From Hemiscyllium ocellatum (Eukaryota), in the NCBI RefSeq assembly GCF_020745735.1, contig NW_026869102.1, positions 128,367 to 192,366 on the forward strand: a stretch of DNA of 64,000 bases. The letters run 5' to 3'. Shown piece by piece: positions 58,901-64,000 of the stretch (positions within the stretch are counted from its first letter, which is position 1; each line of letters opens with the position of its first letter). A program made the position numbers and the translations under genes. The notes under the pieces are model-generated. The model was not told where the DNA came from. It did no database searches and saw only the letters and a list, made by a program, of their open reading frames with translations.

Positions 58901-61900
58901 GTAAGGGTCACTCACTGTGTAACCGTACAGAGTCAGGGTTTATACAGCAGGGTAATGGTCACTCACTGTGTAACCGTACAGAGTCAGTGTTTATTCAGCA
59001 TGGTAAGGGTCACTCACTGTATAACTGTAGAGTGACAGGAAGGGTCACTCACTGTATAACTGTACAGAGTCAGGGTTTATTTAGCAGGGTATGGGTCACT
59101 CACTGTGTAACTGTACAGTGTCAGGAAGGGTCACTCACTGTGTAACTGTACAGAGTCAGGGTTTATTCAGCAGGGTAAGGGTCACTCACTGTGTCACCGT
59201 ACAGAGTCAGTGTTCATTCAGCAGGGTAATGGTCACTCACTGTGTAACTGTACAGAGTCAGTGTTTATACAGCAGGGTAATGGTACACGTTTATACAGCA
59301 GGGTAAGGGTCACTGTGTAACCGTACAGAGTCAGTGTTTATACAGCAGGGTAAGGGTCACTCACTGTGTAACCGTACAGAGTCAGTGTTTATTCAGCAGG
59401 GTAAGGGTCACTCACTGTGTAACCGTACAGAGTCAGTGTTTATTCAACAGGGTAAGGGTCACTGTGTAACCGTACAGAGTCAGTGTTTATTCAGCAGGGT
59501 AAGGGTCACTCACTGTGTAACCGTACAGAGTCAGTGTTTATACAGCAGGGTAAGGGTCACTCACTGTGTAACCGTACAGAGTCAGTGTTTATTCAGCAGG
59601 GTAAGGGTCACTCACTGTGTAACCGTACAGAGTCAGTGTTTATACAGCAGGGTAAGGGTCACTCACTGTGTAACCGTACAGAGTCAGGGTTTATGCAGCA
59701 GGGTAAGGGTCACTCACTGTGTAACCGTACAGAGTCAGTGTTTATACAGCAGGGTAAGGGTCACTCACTGTGTAACCGTACGGAGTCAGTGTTTATACAG
59801 CAGGGTAAGGGTCACTGTGTAACCGTACAGAGTCAGGGTTTATACAGCAGGGTAAGGGTCACTCACTGTGTAACCGTACAGAGTCAGTGTTTATACAGCA
59901 GGGTAAGGGTCACTGTGTAACCGTACAGAGTCAGGGTTTATTCAGCAGGGTTATGGTACACGTTTATTCAGCAGGGTAAGGGTCACTGTGTAACCGTACA
60001 GAGTCAGTGTTTATTCAGCAGGGTAATGGTACACGTTTTTCAGCAGGGTAAGTGTCACTGTGTAACCGTACTGAGTCAGTGTTTATTCAGCAGGGTAAGG
60101 GTCACTCACTGTGTAACCGTACAGAGTCAGTGTTTATACAGCAGGGTAAGGGTCACTCACTGCGTAACCGTACGGAGTCAGTCTTTATTCAGCAGGGTAA
60201 GGGTCACTCACTGTGTAACTGTACAGAGTCAGTGTTTATACAGCAGGGTAAGGGTCACTCACTGTGTAACCGTACAGAGTCAGTGTTTATTCAGCAGGGT
60301 AAGGGTCACTCACTGTGTAACCGTACAGAGTCAGTGTTTATTCAGCAGGGTAAGGGTCACTCACTGTGTAACTGTACAGTGTCAGGGTTTATTCAGCAGG
60401 GTAAGGGTCACTGTGTAACCGTACAGAGTCAGTGTTTATACAGCAGGGTAAGGGTCACTCACTGTGTAACTGTACAGAGTCAGTGTTTATACAGCAGGGT
60501 AAGGGTCACTCACTGTGTAACCGTACAGAGTCAGTGTTTATTCAGCAGGGTAAGGGTCACTCACTGTGTAACAGTACAGTGTCAGGGTTTATTCAGCAGG
60601 GTAAGGGTCACTGTGTAACCGTACAGAGTCAGTGTTTATACAGCAGGGTAAGGGTCACTCACTGTGTAACCGTACAGAGTCAGTGTTTATACAGCAGGGT
60701 AAGGGTCACTGTGTAACCGTACAGAGTCAGGGTTTATTCAGCAGGGTTATGGTACACGTTTATTCAGCAGGGTAATGGTACACGTTTATACAGCAGGGCA
60801 AAGGTCACTGTGTAACCGTACAGAGTCAATGTTTATTCAGCAGGGTAAGGGTCACTCACTGTGTAACCGTACGGAGTCAGTCTTTATTCAGCAGGGTAAG
60901 GGTCACTCACTGTGTAACCGTACAGAGTCAGTGTTTATTCAGCAGGGTAAGGGTCACTCACTGTGTAACTGTACAGAGTCAGTGTTTATTCAGCAGGGTA
61001 AGGGTCACTGTGTAACCGTACAGAGTCAGTGTTTATTCAGCATGGTAAGGGTCACTCACTGTATAACTGTAGAGTGTCAGGAAGGGTCACTCACTGTATA
61101 ACTGTACAGAGTCAGGGTTTATTCAGCAGGGTAAGGGTCACTCACTGTGTAACTGTACAGTGTCAGGAAGGGTCACTCACTGTATAACTGTACAGAGTCA
61201 GGGTTTATACAGCAGGGTAAGGGTCACTCACTGTGTAACTGTACAGAGTCAGGGTTTATTTAGCAGGGTATGGGTCACTCACTGTGTCACCGTACAGAGT
61301 CAGTGTTCATTCAGCAGGGTAATGGTCACTCACTGTGTAACTGTACAGAGTCAGTGTTTATACAGCAGGGTAATGGTACACGTTTATACAGCAGGGTAAG
61401 GGTCACTGTGTAACCGTACAGAGTCAGTGTTTATACAGCAGGGTATGGGTCACTCACTGTTTAACCGTACAGAGTCAGTGTTTATTCAGCAGGGTAAGGG
61501 TCACTCACTGTGTAACCGTACAGAGTCAGTGTTTATTCAGCAGGGTAAGGGTCACTCACTGTGTAACTGTACAGTGTCAGGGTTTATTCAGCAGGGTAAG
61601 GGTCACTGTGTAACCGTACAGAGTCAGTGTTTATACAGCAGGGTAAGGGTCACTCACTGTGTAACCGTACAGAGTCAGTGTTTATACAGCAGGGTAAGGG
61701 TCACTGTGTAACCGTACAGAGTCAGGGTTTATACAGCAGGGTAAGGGTCACTCACTGTGTAACCGTACAGAGTCAGTGTTTATACAGCAGGGTAAGGGTC
61801 ACTGTGTAACCGTACAGAGTCAGGGTTTATTCAGCAGGGTAAGGGTCACTCACTGTGTAACTGTACAGTGTCAGGAAGGGTCACTCACTGTATAACTGTA

Positions 61901-64000
61901 CAGAGTCAGGGTTTATACAGCAGGGTAAGGGTCACTCACTGTGTAACTGTACAGAGTCAGGGTTTATTTAGCAGGGTATGGGTCACTCACTGTGTCACCG
62001 TACAGAGTCAGTGTTCATTCAGCAGGGTAATGGTCACTCACTGTGTAACTGTACAGAGTCAGTGTTTATACAGCAGGGTAATGGTACACGTTTATACAGC
62101 AGGGTAAGGGTCACTGTGTAACCGTACAGAGTCAGTGTTTATACAGCAGGGTATGGGTCACTCACTGTTTAACCGTACAGAGTCAGTGTTTATTCAGCAG
62201 GGTAAGGGTCACTCACTGTGTAACTGTACAGTGTCAGGGTTTATTCAGCAGGGTAAGGGTCACTGTGTAACCGTACAGAGTCAGTGTTTATACAGCAGGG
62301 TAAGGGTCACTCACTGTGTAACCGTACAGAGTCAGTGTTTATACAGCAGGGTAAGGGTCACTGTGTAACCGTACAGAGTCAGGGTTTATACAGCAGGGTA
62401 AGGGTCACTCACTGTGTAACCGTACAGAGTCAGTGTTTATACAGCAGGGTAAGGGTCACTGTGTAACCGTACAGAGTCAGGGTTTATTCAGCAGGGTTAT
62501 GGTACACGTTTATTCAGCAGGGTAATGGTACACGTTTATACAGCAGGGCAAAGGTCACTGTGTAACCGTACAGAGTCAATGTTTATTCAGCAGGGTAAGG
62601 GTCACTCACTGTGTAACCGTACGGAGTCAGTCTTTATTCAGCAGGGTAAGGGTCACTCACTGTGTAACCGTACAGAGTCAGTGTTTATTCAGCAGGGTAA
62701 GGGTCACTCACTGTGTAACTGTACAGAGTCAGTGTTTATTCAGCAGGGTAAGGGTCACTGTGTAACCGTACAGAGTCAGTGTTTATTCAGCATGGTAAGG
62801 GTCACTCACTGTATAACTGTAGAGTGTCAGGAAGGGTCACTCACTGTATAACTGTACAGAGTCAGGGTTTATTCAGCAGGGTAAGGGTCACTCACTGTGT
62901 AACTGTACAGTGTCAGGAAGGGTCACTCACTGTATAACTGTACAGAGTCAGGGTTTATACAGCAGGGTAAGGGTCACTCACTGTGTAACTGTACAGAGTC
63001 AGGGTTTATTTAGCAGGGTATGGGTCACTCACTGTGTCACCGTACAGAGTCAGTGTTCATTCAGCAGGGTAATGGTCACTCACTGTGTAACTGTACAGAG
63101 TCAGTGTTTATACAGCAGGGTAATGGTACACGTTTATACAGCAGGGTAAGGGTCACTGTGTAACCGTACAGAGTCAGTGTTTATACAGCAGGGTATGGGT
63201 CACTCACTGTTTAACCGTACAGAGTCAGTGTTTATTCAGCAGGGTAAGGGTCACTCACTGTGTAACCGTACAGAGTCAGTGTTTATTCAACAGGGTAAGG
63301 GTCACTGTGTAACCGTACAGAGTCAGTGTTTATTCAGCAGGGTAAGGGTCACTCACTGTGTAACCGTACAGAGTCAGTGTTTATTCAGCAGGGTAAGGGT
63401 CACTCACTGTGTAACTGTACAGAGTCAGTGTTTATACAGCAGGGTAAGGGTCACTCACTGTGTAACCGTACAGAGTCAGTGTTTATACAGCAGGATAAGG
63501 GTCACTCACTGTGTAACCGTACAGAGTCAGTGTTTATTCAGCAGGGTAAGGGTCACTCACTGTGTAACCGTACAGAGTCAGTGTTTATACAGCAGGGTAA
63601 GGGTCACTCACTGTGTAACCGTACAGAGTCAGGGTCTATTCAGCAGGGTAAGGGTCACTGTGTAACCGTACAGAGTCAGGGTTTATACAGCAGGGTAAGG
63701 GTCACTCACTGTGTAACTGTACAGAGTCAGTGTTTATTCAACAGGGTAAGGGTCACTCACTGTGTAACCGTACAGAGTCAGTGTTTATACAGCAGGGTAA
63801 GGGTCACTCACTGTGTAACCGTACAGAGTCAGTGTTTATACAGCAGGGTAAGGGTCACTCACTGAGTAACTGTACAGTGTCAGGGTTTATTCAGCCGGGT
63901 AAGGGTCACTGTGTCACCGTACAGAGTCAGTGTTTATACAGCAGGGTAAGGGTCACTCACTGTGTAACAGTACAGTGTCAGGGTTTATACAGCAGGGTAA
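52995..64000. repeat. Satellite array E: ~50-bp unit CAGCAGGGTAAGGGTCACTCACTGTGTAACCGTACAGAGTCAGTGTTTATA (51 bp), ~220 copies. Sub-variants: 47-bp units lacking CACT; TCAGGAAGGGTCACTCACTGTATAACTGTACAGAG units; GGTAATGGTACACGTTTAT junction units. Higher-order periodicity ~1.75-2.2 kb; the array continues beyond the window end.
   Basis: Direct reading: unit starts at 53342 and 53392, and so on. The GGTTATGGTACACG marker recurs at ~57700, 58545, 59935, 60740 and 62490. Identical artefact ORFs recur at 61160, 61868 and 62910, and at 60775 and 62525. Confidence 0.95.

Noticed and set aside
52942-63865. Dozens of + strand ORFs (MFIQQGKGHSLCNRTESVFIQQGKGH..., ...VTHCVTVQSQCLYSRVRVTHC...) in array E.
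   Set aside because: Translation of a ~50-bp satellite; the ORFs repeat with the unit and with the higher-order period.
1-64000. Search for a novel multi-gene biological system (defence island, operon, biosynthetic cluster).
   Set aside because: The window is eukaryotic, repeat-dominated DNA with a single conserved housekeeping gene; no clustered genes are present.

Overview
This window is vertebrate nuclear DNA, and its interspersed repeats point to a cartilaginous fish (shark or ray): CR1-like LINE fragments whose 3' tails end in CCGAAGGGTCTGTTTCCGTGCTGTACATCTCTATGA, repeated foldback copies of the core GCTGGAAAAGCACAGCAGGTCAGGCAGCATC, and a Penelope-like GIY-YIG fragment. It is not a prokaryotic locus. 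I found no defence, CRISPR or operon-like system, and the regular arrays here are satellites, not spacer arrays.

The one real gene is a six-exon CDP-diacylglycerol--inositol 3-phosphatidyltransferase (phosphatidylinositol synthase, CDIPT) on the + strand at 29994..44503. Its predicted 219-aa protein can be aligned along most of its length with human CDIPT and keeps the CDP-alcohol phosphotransferase motif (DGHAARLLNQCSKFGMMLDMLTD).

The gene sits between very large tandem-repeat blocks:
- Upstream, about 28 kb is almost entirely satellite: a 37-bp array A (1..12300), a second 37-bp array B (13250..20460), a 16/18-bp array C (21200..27838) and a 23-bp array D (27935..28205).
- A minisatellite lies in the CDIPT proximal promoter, and GC-rich minisatellites lie in intron 3.
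- Downstream are a 31-bp minisatellite, a 70-85-bp tandem repeat and a ~50-bp satellite of more than 11 kb that runs off the window end.

Arrays A, B, C and D and the promoter minisatellite share a GAGGGG(G)AGATACA-type core and place all purines on the + strand. Array A has no C for about 12 kb and array C has almost no T. This suggests one evolving satellite family with strong G-quadruplex and triplex potential, and it also explains the giant stop-free artefact ORFs in the six-frame track. Arrays A and the 50-bp satellite both show higher-order periodicity of about 1.7-2.2 kb.

The introns and flanks hold at least 13 CR1-like LINE fragments, all in the same (+) orientation as the gene. One LINE's microsatellite tail forms the polypyrimidine tract of the exon-2 acceptor.
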